DNA of 64,000 bases from Podarcis muralis (GCF_964188315.1 NC_135660.1:66588001-66652000); one strand, 5' to 3'. Shown: positions 13,610 through 27,847, numbered from the stretch's first letter. Numbers and translations are program-made. The notes: generated by a model not told the origin, from the letters alone.

Positions 13610-13611
<2 letters not shown>

Positions 13612-13653
<42 letters not shown>
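13612..13653. repeat. (AT)n microsatellite
   Basis: Direct reading. Confidence 0.95.
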
Positions 13654-13656
<3 letters not shown>

Positions 13657-14164
13657 CACTCATCCCCCAAATTACACTGAATTCGATTTTCTGTAAAATG
13701 ATGCATTATAATCTGAGCTTTTAAAGCTGCAGCGTCAACTGAAATCCTAACAGACAAATACAAACTGAGTTGCAAACATTAATTAACTTAATGGATCTCC
13801 TCAACCAGCAACTGTCAGTACAAAGCTTTGATAACAAGGAAAAGTAAAAAAGAATAAGAATAAGAACTGCAGGCACCCCCTTCCTCATTTTATACATATT
13901 TGCCTGAGTGTAGATCCCTCTGATTTAATTGGAGATTGTTTCAAACTGAGCAGCTTGGAGACACTGCAGCAGAATCTGTGATTGCTCATCCCTAGTGAAA
14001 ACCCAGCACTGGCTCTGATTTATTTTTTCTTTCTTTTTGGGGCCATTCAGTGGGGTTGTGGAGGACCAGAAAAAAAATACTACGTAGTGTGATGGAGCCC
14101 TCAGGCTGGGAGGTAGCCACTCCAGTGCGAAAATATATTAAAGTGCATATGTGGATGTTATTAC

Positions 14165-14305
14165 CTTAAATAATGTACTGGGCTCTTCATTAAGGTTCAC
14201 ACGAGTAACCACACGTCCAGAATCTTCTTCAACATCAAAGATACTTGCACTGTAAGGGAACTGGACCACATCCACTTTATACCTCACCCAACTTGCTGGT
14301 GTCCC
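14165..14305 (-). CDS. PCDH15: PCDH15 exon (about 22), 141 bp: [47 protein letters not shown]
   Basis: tag|GGGACA acceptor, AAG|gtaata donor. Confidence 0.96.
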
Positions 14306-14970
14306 CTATAAGAAAAACACACGGTTTGTTATTGTATACAGCATGGGCAGTAAAAGGAGACCAAATGTTAAAATACAACCCTATATTATTATGTTGACAT
14401 TTGGAGGAAAAAAAACAGTCAAAACTACAGGATCAACAGCAACCTGCCCACTGACAAGAAAGAGCCAGGGCCACAGAGGGGAAAAACATTTAGCACATTG
14501 GTTACTGATCTCACGACAAAGGGATGTTACTTTGGAGACCCATTTACAACACAAAAATCACGGGGGAAGTCACCTCGTCAAAAATTATCAAGGCTTCTGA
14601 TACTAGAACTGAATTACACATTCAGTCCATTTTGAAATATTCTGGTCCAAGCAAAAGAGCTTTTTCAGTCTGGAACTATGCAACACCTTTAGTTAATGTA
14701 TCTCATTATATTCATAATTCTTAACTTGAAGGTACCATTTGTACTAATGTTATACTGTGGTCTGCAGTATGCTATGGTGGGGGGGGGCTTGAGATAATAA
14801 GGAAAATACTAGAGGTATTTTCTAAAACAAAGAGTGGCAAGTGGTGAATTAAATTTAACTCCCTTTGGACTCTAATGGTATCAGTACAAAACTCACATTG
14901 TGCAGGAAAACTAGAAGTCCATGACAATGCCTATTCCATGCATTGGGAAGGTTTGCCTATCACTAATATG

Positions 14971-14971
<1 letters not shown>

Positions 14972-15015
<44 letters not shown>

Positions 15016-15410
15016 TATACCCTGCCCTCCCCGGCAAAAACCGGGCTCAGAGCAGCTAACATAAAATGTTTAACACATTAACATAAAATCAGGCAATCAA
15101 TTAAAATACATCCTAAAATCAGATCAGGATCAGAATAAAATCCAATCAGATGGCAAGCCACAGATTAGGGTTGGGGACCTTAAATGCTCACCAGGCCCAA
15201 CTGTTTATGCTGATCTTATATGAGCCTGTGAGAAAAAGTTGGGAGGCCACTTTCATGCAAGTTCTTATGGGGGAAAGGGGAGTCAGACTGAACCCCAACC
15301 AAAGGCCTGGTGGAACAGCTCCACTCTTTCAGGCCCTGTGGAAAGATGTCAAATCCCGCAGGGCCCTGGTCCCCTGTGACAGAGCGTTCCACCAGGCCAG
15401 GGCTGGCGTT
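14972..15410 (-). mobile_element. L2-type LINE 3' end with an (AAT)n tail
   Basis: (TTA)n at 14972-15017 followed by typical lizard L2 3' sequence (ggaacagctc...caggccctg...ttccaccag); right boundary approximate. Confidence 0.65.
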
Positions 15411-15874
15411 CATGTTATTCAGCTGAGGTGTCAGTTGGATTGTGAAGCAAAATCTTTACTGATGCAATTTTCTACTTTTCCCTTTGTAAGTAAGCAACTG
15501 GTTTAGTTGTTTTCAATCTTTATTATCCCTGTGCTGTTTTCCTTGTGAGTAAATTCATTGTTATACTTATTGATGGTTATGAGGTGGCAAGCATCAATGA
15601 ATATGTGATCAATAACAACAAAACTATTTTGCATCATATTAGTAAACGCAGCTTGTGGCAACCAATCATGTTAATGAAAACGTCAGTGAAAATTGGTATT
15701 TGATGTTTTGTGTTATTAAGAAAGATGTAGACATTTAAATGGAATCTGGTTGCATTTAGGTAATAAGACAACCTTTTGTTTCTTTTGCAAAACTGATCAT
15801 GAATTTTGGAAGTGAATCATATAGAGCATGACCACCAACCAGCCAATTCACTGATTTATTTATTGCTTTATTTT

Positions 15875-16005
15875 AGGGACGGAGAACCTATAGCTCTAAA
15901 GATGCTGCTGGACTTCCATCAGCCAAAGCCGGCACAGTCCATGGCCAGGGATTATGGGGGTTATAGTCCAACAACATCTGGAAGGTCACAGACTCTTCAT
16001 CCCTG
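15875..16005. mobile_element. Degraded small palindromic hAT MITE (same style as 30592-30727)
   Basis: gatgctgctggac.../...gtccaacaacatctgg inverted similarity. Confidence 0.5.
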
Positions 16006-18559
16006 TTTTGATTTCAGGGTGCTTTATATCCCTCCCCCCAATACAACACAGGCATTAATTCACATCCTGGAGGTGAAACAGAGAAAGGGGATTGGGAGGG
16101 CCAAGTCCAAGCCATTTTGCAGCAAGCAATCAGAGGAATGTGCCCCCTTCGTGCCATAACAGAGAAAGTACACATTTGGAGAATACACAACCATTTAGCC
16201 AGATATGGGATCTATAGGGAATGGGTATCATAAAGCCGGCACACTGGAAGGGCCTGGAACAAGTTTTAAAAGTCATATGCAGATCCAATATTTGCAGAAC
16301 AATCACAGGTGAGTTGGGACACACAACTTTTTGATTTTTTAATGCTATGCCATGGCACAGTGTTGTTCCCACTGGGTTATCCTCAGTGTGGAAAGCCACC
16401 AGGCTGCTCCTGCTTATAGCAGTTCATTTGTGCATGAATGGCAGAAACCCTTTTTCAGAAGAATGAAAATTGCATTGTATCTCCACCAGGTGTTCCCAAA
16501 TTCCCCCACCAACCCACGTATCACTTGAAAAGTGCTTTAGGTTCTTGGTGGACCACTTAATGATTTTTTTGGCCTGTTGTAGCCATTGCAGATGCTAGAG
16601 ATACTGTATGATTCTTAATTGCATTTTTACAGAAACCTTGTAGACCACCTGTATGAAGCTCATGGAGGTGGTCTATGAGACTCACAGACCACAGTTTGGG
16701 AACCCCTGACCTACATGGTACTACCAAAGCCCCTACAAGTTCATGGGTGATGAATGGTTCCATGAAAGGTGACACTTTCTCCTCAGTCACATCTAGAACC
16801 AGATTTTTATACAAACACTTCAGTTTTAGAGTTGTTTATTTAGCAGCACTGGTGCGTATGGACCCTACACACACTTCTTACATTCCATATGGAAAATTAG
16901 TGTTGAGAGGTTTTTTTGTGTGTATTACTTTTCATCTTGTTATTTACAAAATCCTCACAGGAATAGCTATTATAACGTGTGCTACCTCATCACTGTCATA
17001 TCCTGTCCTCACTAAAACATAACACGCCATTCCTGACATCGCTTCTCTTGTCACCATGTGAGATGCCAGATGCTTCGAGGTCAGTCAGAAACTGCAGCAA
17101 CCAGGGAATTTTTTTGCTGTCATCAAGAAATCCCCAGAGAAGCAGATTGGAATTATTGTCCCATCAGAAGGGTAAAGCCCCGGGATTTGATTAATTCTGC
17201 ACACACCGTCAAAAACATGCTAAAATTATTAGTAGCAAGAGGAGCTAATAGAAAGACAAATGTTTAACAATTTTGCAGAGTCCTCCCGCATGCCATCTCC
17301 TGTAAATCAGAATACAAAACTGATTACAAGGATTTTTAGGCGTGTGTGTTAATTACTGTAAGTTCATAAACAATATGTCCTAGAGACAGGAGCTGCTGAA
17401 GCAACTGTATATGCAAGCTATGCAACACATATGTGCCGTCTTTGTGTGAGCTTGTTTTGCTTGTCAGTGGTTTCCATCCTGTATGTGTGGCTTTTCTATG
17501 TCATTCTATAGGACCTCATTTACCTTCTGGGCAACGTTCTGAGGACTTTATGCCGGTGGTGGACAGAGGCAATACTAGGCAGATCAATTGCTGTAAATTT
17601 TACCTGAGCAATTTCCTTCTGTTATGGAGACCTTGTTTATTGTTGTTGAGCTTTTCTTCTTCTTTTTTACAAAAACACCAAAAAAACACTGACCACAGAC
17701 AGTACAAATTTAGCTGTGTTGTTCTATTTCACGGAGAAGAGATTCCGCTTCATGAGATGGCTCCTGTATGCCATAATGAGGTATGATGACTACTCACAAA
17801 GTCTTCCCACTTGACTTGGCTTCTGCAAGTTGGCTTATTATATGGCTGATTCATATAAGCCTTCTGCAAATCAGCTGCCTGAATTCTGTATCACAGACAA
17901 GGTAAACTAAATCACTTCACTATGGTTTTCTTCTAGACTTACATGTTAAAGTTCACTATATCAAACCTTGTCGGTGATACTGCAGCCTCAGAAGAAAATA
18001 AATTACATCCTAAACATGCCATTTCCAGGAAGGGGAAAGAGAACTACCATCCAATGCTGCTTAACAGGAGGCTCTGAAATCAAACTATATATGACTTTCC
18101 ATTCCACATGGGTGTAAATTGAGAAATGCAACTCAAAGAATGGCAGTAATTCCATATATCGAAATTCGATCACATATATAGAAGAGAAAAGATACAGATC
18201 AGGAGACATGGAAAGCAACTTGTTCTCTTTTCTAACAATTCCAGAGTTAATGTGACGAGCCTTCAGAACTCTAATCAGTTCCTTGTGGTGAATTGCAACC
18301 CCCAAAAGTATTTGGAAGATGGGTCTGATTGACATTTTGCAGGCTCTAGCTCAGGTTGCAGAAATGATACAACATTTCAATAGAAGGCACATGACGGCTT
18401 ACTACAGGGCATTCCAAAGAGGCCATTTGTTCTCTCATTGGTTTATTACTGCTGGCACTTCTTCTCTTTGTGCACTGAATATGAAGGTCTGAGAGAAAAT
18501 GTAGGAAGCTGCCTTGTGAGTCAGACCACTGGCCCATCTAGTTCAGAATTGTCTACACT

Positions 18560-18670
18560 GAATGGCAGCAGCTATCTAGGGTTTCAGGAAGTGGTCTCTC
18601 CCAGCTTTGCCTGGATATATTAGGGACTGAACCTGAGACCCACTGCATGCATGCTGGATGCTCAACCACT
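18560..18670 (-). mobile_element. Degraded tRNA SINE (Squam2-like)
   Basis: Similar to 46501-46650 in reverse. Confidence 0.45.
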
Positions 18671-19764
18671 GGTTCTTTCTCAGCAGTTAACATTTTACTG
18701 CATACTTTTGCATGTCAGGAGAGATGGGGTGGAACCAAAAAACATAGGCACACTGCGGGTAGGGTGAGCACATGTACATTTTGTGAACACCTAAAAAGGG
18801 CTTCTAATGTACCAGAATTCAAGAAATCATATATTACCGGAATAGGTAATTTTTAGATCCTTTCAAACGTAAGGTATTCCAATGAGATCAGAAGGCACTA
18901 AGATGATTATACTCTTAATGTCAGGCGGAAACCTGATTTAATAATGTTTTTACAAAATATAATTAGCAAGAAATTACTCAAACCCAGATAATGTGGTTCA
19001 GAATAGCAACAATCACACTCTGTTCCAATGACTAAAACCTACAATTATCATTAAGCATCAGCACATTAGGTAATTAGTTACTGAATTCATAAAGCTGGCA
19101 TGAGATCATTATTTCTGAGGAAGCTACTTTTCTTCCATCATTTTAGAAAACAACAACACCAGGATATTATAGTTATTGGCAAAGTTGCAATTGATTGACA
19201 AAGATCATCAAAGGAAGATTTAACATGGATTTTTTATTTTATTTTAATAAACTTGCTTTCATTATCTGTCACATTCATTATCTGTTTATGTTGCTTCAAG
19301 TCATTCAGAAAGCATGCTTGCTTCTGTTGTGAACATCAAACATTTTAGAACCCCGGGTTGGAGCACATTTATACCAGGAGAGGTGTTATATCCTATGCTA
19401 AGAAAAAGACATAAGCTATGCATTGACTTGATGTGCTGTAGCACATAAAAAGGCTACCACTATCATCCTCCACAAATGCTTTGAAGGGGTGAGTGCTGCC
19501 AGATTAAGAATCTTTATATTAACTAACAGCATGATGTTATGTGTTCTTAAATGGCAATTGGCTCTATTGAACTCCATAGGATTTACTTCCTTGCATAAAC
19601 ACCAAAGATCAGGGCTTCAAAAGCTTCAATTTCCAAAGCATTAAAAATGGAAATGCCACAAGCATTACAATAAAAATGTGTGGTTACTGTCTCACAAAAG
19701 GAATTGTATCCATACCCAAGCTATAGTGTCTATGGAACAGTGAGCAGCCTAGCACAGACATAAT

Positions 19765-19959
19765 GGTAAAAGGTAAAGGGACCCCTGACCATTAGGTCCA
19801 GTTGTGGATGACTCTGGGGTTGCGGCGCTCATCTCGCTTTATTGGCCGAGGAAGCCAGTGTACAGCTTCCGGGTCATATGGCCAGCATGACTAAGCCGCT
19901 TCTGGCGAACCAGAACAGCGCACGGAAACGCTGTTTACCTTCCCGCCAGAGCGGTACCT
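19765..19959 (-). mobile_element. Sauria SINE, 3' part
   Basis: aaaggtaaagggacccctgaccattaggtcc (reverse of the ACCTTT tail); reverse-complement match to 28680-28882. Confidence 0.9.
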
Positions 19960-22473
19960 CAGTTCAAAGCACTGGTTTGTAAATGAGGAATTGACCCGAA
20001 GAACCTATGCTGCACAAATGCCCTTTCCCTTAACTGGTCAGACTTAAACCATAGAGTAGCATTACATCTGTACCTTGCCAAATCTAAGCAACACTAAAAA
20101 AAAAAAAAAAGAGTCCACAATAAGGGTTTGAAGCGGGTTCACAAATATTGGTTCAGGGGTCTAGTGTCAGTTCAAATGTATTACTAAACCATCGTTGACA
20201 GCAACAACGTAAGAGAGGGAAGAGGATGAGAGAAGAGGATGTTGGGGAAGGAGCCTTCCTGATGAAGGCTCCCTGCAAACCACAACTAAAAACTGGAAAT
20301 CCACATCAGAAATGCATGCTTCTCTTTCTCTCTGAAGTGTGAATGTCTGAGTTTCATCTGGGTGTCACTGCTTTAGGTGGACAGCAAAGGCAAGGGCCAG
20401 GGCTATTTTAAACATGTGGGAATAACTTCAGACTCTCCTTCAGACTGGGTGGTCTCTCTCTCTCTCTCTACATGTTAATGTATTTTGCCTGCTACTTTGG
20501 TTTTAATTATCTAGATTATAAATGAATTTGATCAGCCTCCTTTCTTTATTTTAAGCTTGTTTCTGATTACTTGACTTTTGCACTTCTTATTGCAGTTTTC
20601 ACGAGATCATTAACTTTTAATTCTTAGCGTGGCTTATATTGTAATACTGGATTTTGAGCAGTTAGGAATCTTAACTTTTATATTACATTTTTAAAAGTCT
20701 AACAATGGAAATTATATAGCTGGCCATCAATAATTATTCCGTGCATGGTTTACAGACAAAACATTGTTAAAAAATACAATATATCATGAAAATCAACCCC
20801 CACCAAAAATTCTCGAAGAAAATAAAACCGATATAGGGAAGCAGCTGAAAACATAGACAGGTGGGCAAGTGAAAACAAGGAGCTTGTCCCACCAACCTGC
20901 CCCTCATTTCTGTTCACCTGTCATTCACATATGCTGTTAGATTTCTTTCTCACTCACCTATAAATATGCTTTGCCCCTTCTGTGGTCCCTGTCAAATATT
21001 TTCCTGGTGCCGTTACTGCTAACAGCAAGGAAAGGAATAATCAGATGCTCACTTTAAGTTCCTAATTCTTCCTTTGTAGCTACATCATTACCTGCCCCAC
21101 ACCTGATATCTGGAACATGGGAAGTGGTTATGGTTTGTGTGAAATGGCCTTGTGGGCCTTCCTGGGACCTATCCCAGGCTCATGGGCCAGAAGTTCCTAA
21201 CCCTTGCTCTATAGCTATAATTGAGGAAACTATCTGAGCTTTATCATTTGTGTTTCTTTGCAGTCTCCAAAATCGTACTCATCAATATGGTATGAAAAAG
21301 TGAAAAGGGAAAGTATTTTTGCTGCTTTGCCAGCAGGAATGTGTAAATAAAGTATCCACGAGGCTCCCTTAACACCTCATCTCCAGGCTTATTTACTTAT
21401 AAATAAAGCTAGAAAATTATACACACTCTCCTTGGTTGTCCTAATGGCTCTATCTCGCCCCCTGCTAATAGACTGCTATTGAATGACTATTTTGAAGCTT
21501 AGCAGGTTTTGATAAGATTGGCTACAATTACTTGGTGTCCTTCAGTGGCATTATGCTCTCTGCAGTAAATAAGCACTCCACCCCCCACCCCCCCGCCTTT
21601 CTCTAAAGACAATAAAAAATGCCACTCTGACTATGCTAGAATTTAATGTGAAGGGAGGCAGAGAAGATACAGGAGGGACAAGCACAATAATAATGGGCAA
21701 GTTCACTTATTCTCAAACTGATGGGACAAATGTCAGCTCAAGGCACTTTGCCAACGAAAAATTACTAGATAGCATAAATGGCTTCTTCCAACTGCCAGCT
21801 CTAAAGCCCATTTAGAGAGAGGTTTGATTTAGTCTTCAGTGGAATGCTGAAGATGTCCACAGCCCTCTGCCAAAAGCTAGGATTTCATAGCAAAGAGGAA
21901 AATTAACATTTTCACGACTGTTTTGTGGCTTCTTTTACCTTACTGCCACAGTAGCACTTCTCACGGTCCCTGTACAGAAATGCTAGTCAAGATAAATCAC
22001 TGCTGTATCCTAATACCTACATTAAACATGGTGTTGATCATGCAGAGCCCTTCTACAAACAGGCTCCTGTGATGGGATAAACTTCAATTCCTCTATGGAT
22101 TAGATCTCAGGAAATCCCTTAAATCCAAAAAAGGCTAGTGCTACAAAACCCCAAAACACTCATCCCTTTTAAAAACAGCATTATCTGCTGGCTTTGGTAA
22201 CAAGACGTTTAGGGAGAGTAGAGGGGAGTCTCTCTTTCCCATCCTCTGCCAACATTTTCAGCCATTTGTGTAACCTGGAATAATGTTGTGGTCACTGTCC
22301 ATAGTTAGAAGGAGATTACTGAAGACTGCAGAGATACGATCTACTAGGAGAAAACAACTAGATTCTGACCAGTGGGGGAAAGTAACTATTTTGCAGAAAG
22401 TTCCCCCCACACTCCCAGAGGCAGGGAATGTGTTCCTACATGAAATTTGCCCAAGGCACCAAGAACATGGGAC

Positions 22474-22626
22474 CAGTGCTTTTTTTCTGGGGGAACGCAG
22501 GAGTACGTATACCCCTAAACATTTTGTGAATCTAAGTTTGGCCTCATTGAGGGGCAGTATTTCAATATGAGTAGGGAAATGCGAGTACCCCTAAACATTT
22601 TTCTTTTAGGGGAAAAAAAAGCACTG
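22474..22626. mobile_element. hAT MITE (153 bp)
   Basis: TIRs cagtgctttttt / aaaaaagcactg; perfect 8-bp TSD catgggac. Confidence 0.92.
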
Positions 22627-22740
22627 CATGGGACTGTCACGTTCCCACTAGCAACAGACTGGGAAAACATGCATATTCCCTGTGAATGTTAACCAGTCTG
22701 ATAACTATCGAGCTTTTCCCTTTAGGCTCCCTAGAATGTG

Positions 22741-22890
22741 AGACAGCTGAGTCAGTAGAGCATGAGACTCTTGATCTCATGGTCATTGGTTTGAATGCTA
22801 TGCAGGGCAAAAAGATTCCTGCATTGCTGGGGGTTGGACTAGATAACCCTCATGATCCCTTCCGGCTCTGCAATTCTATGATTCTAAGAT
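22741..22890 (+). mobile_element. tRNA-derived SINE with a CR1-like tail
   Basis: tcagtagagcatgagactcttgatctc head; same 3' part as 10478-10630. Confidence 0.75.
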
Positions 22891-23555
22891 CAGTGCTTTG
22901 ACCAACAAATCAGAGTTTACTCATGGGATATAATACAACTCTGTCAATCGAATGCCAGACTGAAACTCAGATGCTGCTGGGAAAGCTGATTCCAACAAAT
23001 CTGCTATATTCTTACATTATAGTAACAAAAGGATTTTTTAATGCGGTGTTTTATTTCTACACACACACACACCCCACTTTTCATGCTTAGAGGCTTACAA
23101 TAATAGCAAATCAAGGAAATAACAGCCCTTCAAAAGTTTTGCTTTGTTTTCTGTTGGAGCCACAAAGCTGTTCCAAATACAGGCCCACCCCTTGCTTTTT
23201 CCTGTTTATCATCAACACACTAAACCCTGATAAGGATTTCACATATAAATGGTTCCATAAGGAAAGAAAGCAGAGCAGGGAGGGAGGGAGGGAGGAGGCA
23301 TTGGGGAGCTGGGGAGAAGTAAAAAAGAACTCTGCATTATGGCTTTATCCGTCTTGAGAACAATAATTGAAGTGCTCAAGCCAGAGGATAGGCTGGCATA
23401 AAAATGCATAGGAGCCACTGCTGGGTTAAAATAAATAAAAATAAATCATAGTAATCACTTATGTTGTTCAGAGGATTAAGGCCACTTATGCGGCTTTTAA
23501 AGAAATCTCTCCTGGGTGCAGGGTATTAAGAATTTTTTTTTGTTGTTTTCCTTAC

Positions 23556-23672
23556 CGGAGGGTCCAGATCCTCAGCTTCAACTGTTGTTATAACCGTGCC
23601 CTTGATTGCATCAGGAGCAACCATGCCCCTGTACAGAGGTTTGTTAAATACTGGGGAGTAATCGTTCATATC
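23556..23672 (-). CDS. PCDH15: PCDH15 exon (about 21), 117 bp: [39 protein letters not shown]
   Basis: cag|GATATG acceptor, CCG|gtaagg donor. Confidence 0.96.
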
Positions 23673-24674
23673 CTGCAAAACATAATTAAGAATTTACTGC
23701 TGAAGCTGAAATGAAATTATGGACACATTCACAATAGTTCTTTCAAACTAGGCTCTGCTCAGCCTCTTCCCGTTATCCAATTCATTTACTATTGTCAGGC
23801 CTTCTGGCTCCTCAATTGTGTTACTTATCTGCGCACAAGACTGGTACTCAAGAGGAGGATGCAAAATTTTCCATGCAATGTAAATGTGTAAAGAATTGAC
23901 ATAGAGTAGATCTGCTTCATCAGAACAATTGTCATTTCAATAAATGAGATTTCCAGGGACTGAGCAAATTCTTGTAGGCTGTGAAAATGCAACCTCTAGA
24001 GTAGCATCTTGAGAAATAAACATATCACTTTTTTATTTTTAAAAATAACTACTGATAGGTAGCTTTCATCTTGTGATCTCTTATGAAATTAGTTTCAGAG
24101 GTTTGGAGTGACTCAACAGGTTTTGAGAGAGGGACTCTTTTTCTTTTTAATGAAGCGTGATGCAAAAAAAATATGGATCAAATCCAGGGTTTTGTAGAAA
24201 CTGTGATCAATCAAATACACTGGCAATAACAAGCTCTGATATGAAATACCTTAACTTTCAGGATCATCATTACTACATGACCTATATATCCTATGGGGGG
24301 ACTTTAACCATGCTCCCATGGAGCCAGTGTTTTGTAGGTTCCACTCACATGTTTAAACAAACGTTACCACTCTCCCATGCATGCAGGAAGAGGCAGCAAT
24401 CAACCAGGAAAAAACGACCAACTCAGTTTAAGGGAATCTGCTTGCACTGGATTTGTAACCCATATTGGCCAGAGTTCTTGATTGGGTATAGAGGGGGTAT
24501 ATGTGTGGCAGGGCCCTTTCACATAAACCCTGAAGGTATAGCTACTCCTGAGTGTGATCCCCATGCATTCACTCAGCATGTGATAGAGCTATTGTGGTTG
24601 GATGTGCTGCTCATCCAGCACAAGAAAAGCTATCAATGCAACAACCAGTCCAAGTAATCACCAATGCCACCAAA

Positions 24675-24747
<73 letters not shown>

Positions 24748-24750
24748 TGT
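24675..24750. repeat. (CT)n(GT)n compound microsatellite
   Basis: Direct reading. Confidence 0.95.
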
Positions 24751-25859
24751 GCTCTGTGTCTGCATTTCTAGTTCATGCGTGTTTGGGGGGGCGGCGGATA
24801 GAGCTCCATGCATCCCCCCCTTTTTGTTTTGCCTCTCACCCACTTTCTCCCACTCATCATTGGTGAAGTTTGAATCTGGTCTAGCTTAGAAAATTAAGTA
24901 GATGGGGAGAAGATTTTTTTTTTGTCAGGTTCAACATGCTAAGTGAAGTAAAGACCACATGCCTGTTTGGGTGTTGCCTGGGGAAAAGCTTTTTCCAGCT
25001 GACAAACATATTCTGCAGATCAAGTAAGGTTCACATGCTTATCCACATGATGGCCTCTACACCAGTGGCTCCAGATTTCCCTTGCCCCTGACAGACCACA
25101 TGAAAAATGCTGAGGGTCTTGGTGGACCACCTAACAAGTTTTCTGCCTTTTGTATCAATTGTAATATACTGTGCTAGTTGCTGAATTATTTTTCAATTGT
25201 CTTTTTACAGCCATGTTGTAGGCCACCTGAATGAAGTACCCATGGACCACAATTTGGGAACCCTAACTCTACACTACAAAGGTGCAATCTGAATAGCCCA
25301 AGAAGTAGGACTAGGAGGAACTGAAGATAAAAGATGAAGATAGTGTGTAGGCTATTGCTTAAATTGCAGTTATTTCATACCAAACATTTCTCTTTATGGA
25401 TATAATCTGTGTAGGAAATACTTGCTTAACTGTAATGTATGAAATATAGTGCCAATATTTTTCAGTACACTGATCGCGCGCCCCGCAAAAATGTGAGGTT
25501 TTTTCCTATTTGTTCAACAACATGTAAAACAAGGGATTATTTCAAGCAAACATCATATTCAGCCCTGTCAGATATTTCTATGTCCCTTTATTGTGTTTGT
25601 ACTGTTTCCCGATAATAGATGACAAATTCAGAATGCCTAAACATTTGTGTTCATCTTCTGCATGTCCTTATGTCCTTTGTGTTAGGAAATCAGCAACTAT
25701 AAATAGATATGCCAAAAAGAGAAATGATGTAGAACATCCTCTGATAAGAATGTTTCAGAACATCCTCTTCTATGGGAAATGACTGGAGGGCCTTATTTAT
25801 ATTTCTAAGGTAAACAAATCAGGAGCAAATAAAAGTATGAATGCAAAGTTGCCTAAAAT

Positions 25860-26077
25860 TAGGGTCGCCATATCTGCAAACGTGAAAATCGGGACACAGT
25901 TGAAGTTTTCTTTGTAGGGGAACCAAAGTTTTTGAGATTTTCTTTAAAGTAAAGCTACAATCATTTTTAAAGGCATTTTTGACATGATTTAACCCCCATT
26001 GTTGATTTCTGAAAAATTATTCTGGATGCAATTTTCAAAGGCTGGTTCCAGGAAAATCAGGACTTATGGCAGCCCTA
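25860..26077. mobile_element. hAT (Tip100-like) MITE
   Basis: TIRs tagggtcgccata / tatggcagcccta; flanks cctaaaat / gctaaaat (7 of 8 match). Confidence 0.8.
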
Positions 26078-26789
26078 GCTAAAATGCTGAAAGACAAGAA
26101 GTTTTTGACCTAAAACCACCTTTTTTCTACTGAGTCAATCAGCACATGAGTATTTGGTGAGGTGAAAGTTGTACAATTAGCAACACAGAATGTTCTTCAA
26201 CAGACATTCAAAAATTCAACCCTAAACCTTTAGCTTTATGTAGTAAAGTTCAAGGAGAACTCTACCCCATGATTTTGCTGATATACAAGCTTTGTTCTTA
26301 ATCCCTTGTAAAGTTCACTGCTTGTAAAAAAAAAAGTTACTGAAATAATATTTGGAGAAATCTATTAAGGGAGTGGACAAGTTGGATATGATAGTAATTT
26401 AGCTAGAGGGAAAGGGCACACTTCCTTTGAAAGTATATGTGAACAATCAAAATTAGGTAAAATGGTAGTTTTAAAAGAGCAGCTATTTTCTATGAATGAA
26501 AAGTTATGTGTCCAGCCTGCAATTTTTTTTTAAAGGAAGGCTTTGTTATCCCACAAAAGGAAAAAGAGGAAAAAAATCTTCTCTCTAGCCTGCATATGTC
26601 AGATGAATCAATCAATATAAATACATTGTAAAGAATTAAAACATTTTAAAAGTAGCAGGGAGATTTGGTCATACAGCTTTTATGTCCTCAAGTAAAGTTA
26701 CTCACGCACAACTGCATGGAGAAGAATGCATTATGGTTGGAGAATTTCTGTCATTGCTAGGAATGGGGGCCTTTTTTTATTTCATTTGC

Positions 26790-27847
26790 CTTCAACTTGA
26801 TGGGGTCTGTTCAACCTGGCATGTCTCCACACCAAGACAAAAGTGTGGTGGGTCCTTATCCGAGAGATGCCATTTGCAGATGATGCGGCCTTGACAGCAC
26901 ACTCTGGGGAAGCTCTATAGAGATTCATCAAATGTTTTGCCCAAGCCTGCAGGGAGTTCAGCCTCACCTTCAGCCTGACAAAGACCAACATTCTGGGTGA
27001 GGACATCACCAGCGCTCCACACATCAGCATTGGTGGCCACATGCTTAAGGTAATAGATGATTTTTGTCTGCTTGGGCTCCACTATAACCAGCAACCTCTC
27101 CATTGACATTGAGCTGAATTGGTAAGGTAGCTATAGCAAAGACTTCTCCAAAAGGGAGAATGTGATGCTAATGACCAATACCAAGATGAAGGTCTTCCAG
27201 GCTTGTGTGTTGAGCGCTCTGCTTTATGGTAGTGAATTGTGGGAAACTTACACTCACCAGGAGCAACACCTCAATGCCTTCGATATGCGCTGCATCAGGA
27301 AGTTTTGGGGCATGAGGTGGTAGGACTTGTTTGAGTCTCAAACAAAGAAGTGCTCTCTCAAGCCCACATTTCCAACGTGTTCACACTCCTGTCTCAGTGA
27401 TGTCTATTGACTTGGTCATGTCCACAGAATGGAAGCTGGTACTATCCCCAAGGACTTGCTCTATGGGGAGCTGGCTTCAAGCACCTGGCCCACTGGCAGA
27501 CCAACTCTGTGTTACAAAGATGTCTGGAAACGTGACATGAAGGCTGGCCAAATCAACCCCACCATGTGGGAATCCCTTGCAGACTGTAGTGCCTGGAGAC
27601 TGTCAGGTTGTGTATCCACAGCAGTGACCAGAGGAGAAATGACCGTGGGGAGGACCTCAGAAAGAAGAAACACCATGGTACATCTGCATCAGCACAACTG
27701 GATGCCTTCATGTGTCCTGCTGCAACAAAACATGTCTCCCCCTTATTGGTCTCTACAGCCACAGCAGATGCTGTAACTTTCCGACAGTTTGACTTCACCC
27801 CTGAAAGCACACTCTGCCCCCCAAAACAAACAGATGCAAACAACAAC
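26790..27847 (+). mobile_element. RTE-clade LINE, 5'-truncated and degraded (RT C-terminal half to 3' end)
   Basis: Frameshifted RT: LFNLA..TK..LIREM.FADDAAL, SL.KTNILG, FQACVLSALLYGSELW, RLGHV.RM..G.IPKDLLYGEL; caacaac tail. Confidence 0.88.

Noticed and set aside
24157-24657. 166-aa plus-strand ORF
   Set aside because: No recognisable domain or splice context; begins at a non-ATG codon; antisense to PCDH15 intron.
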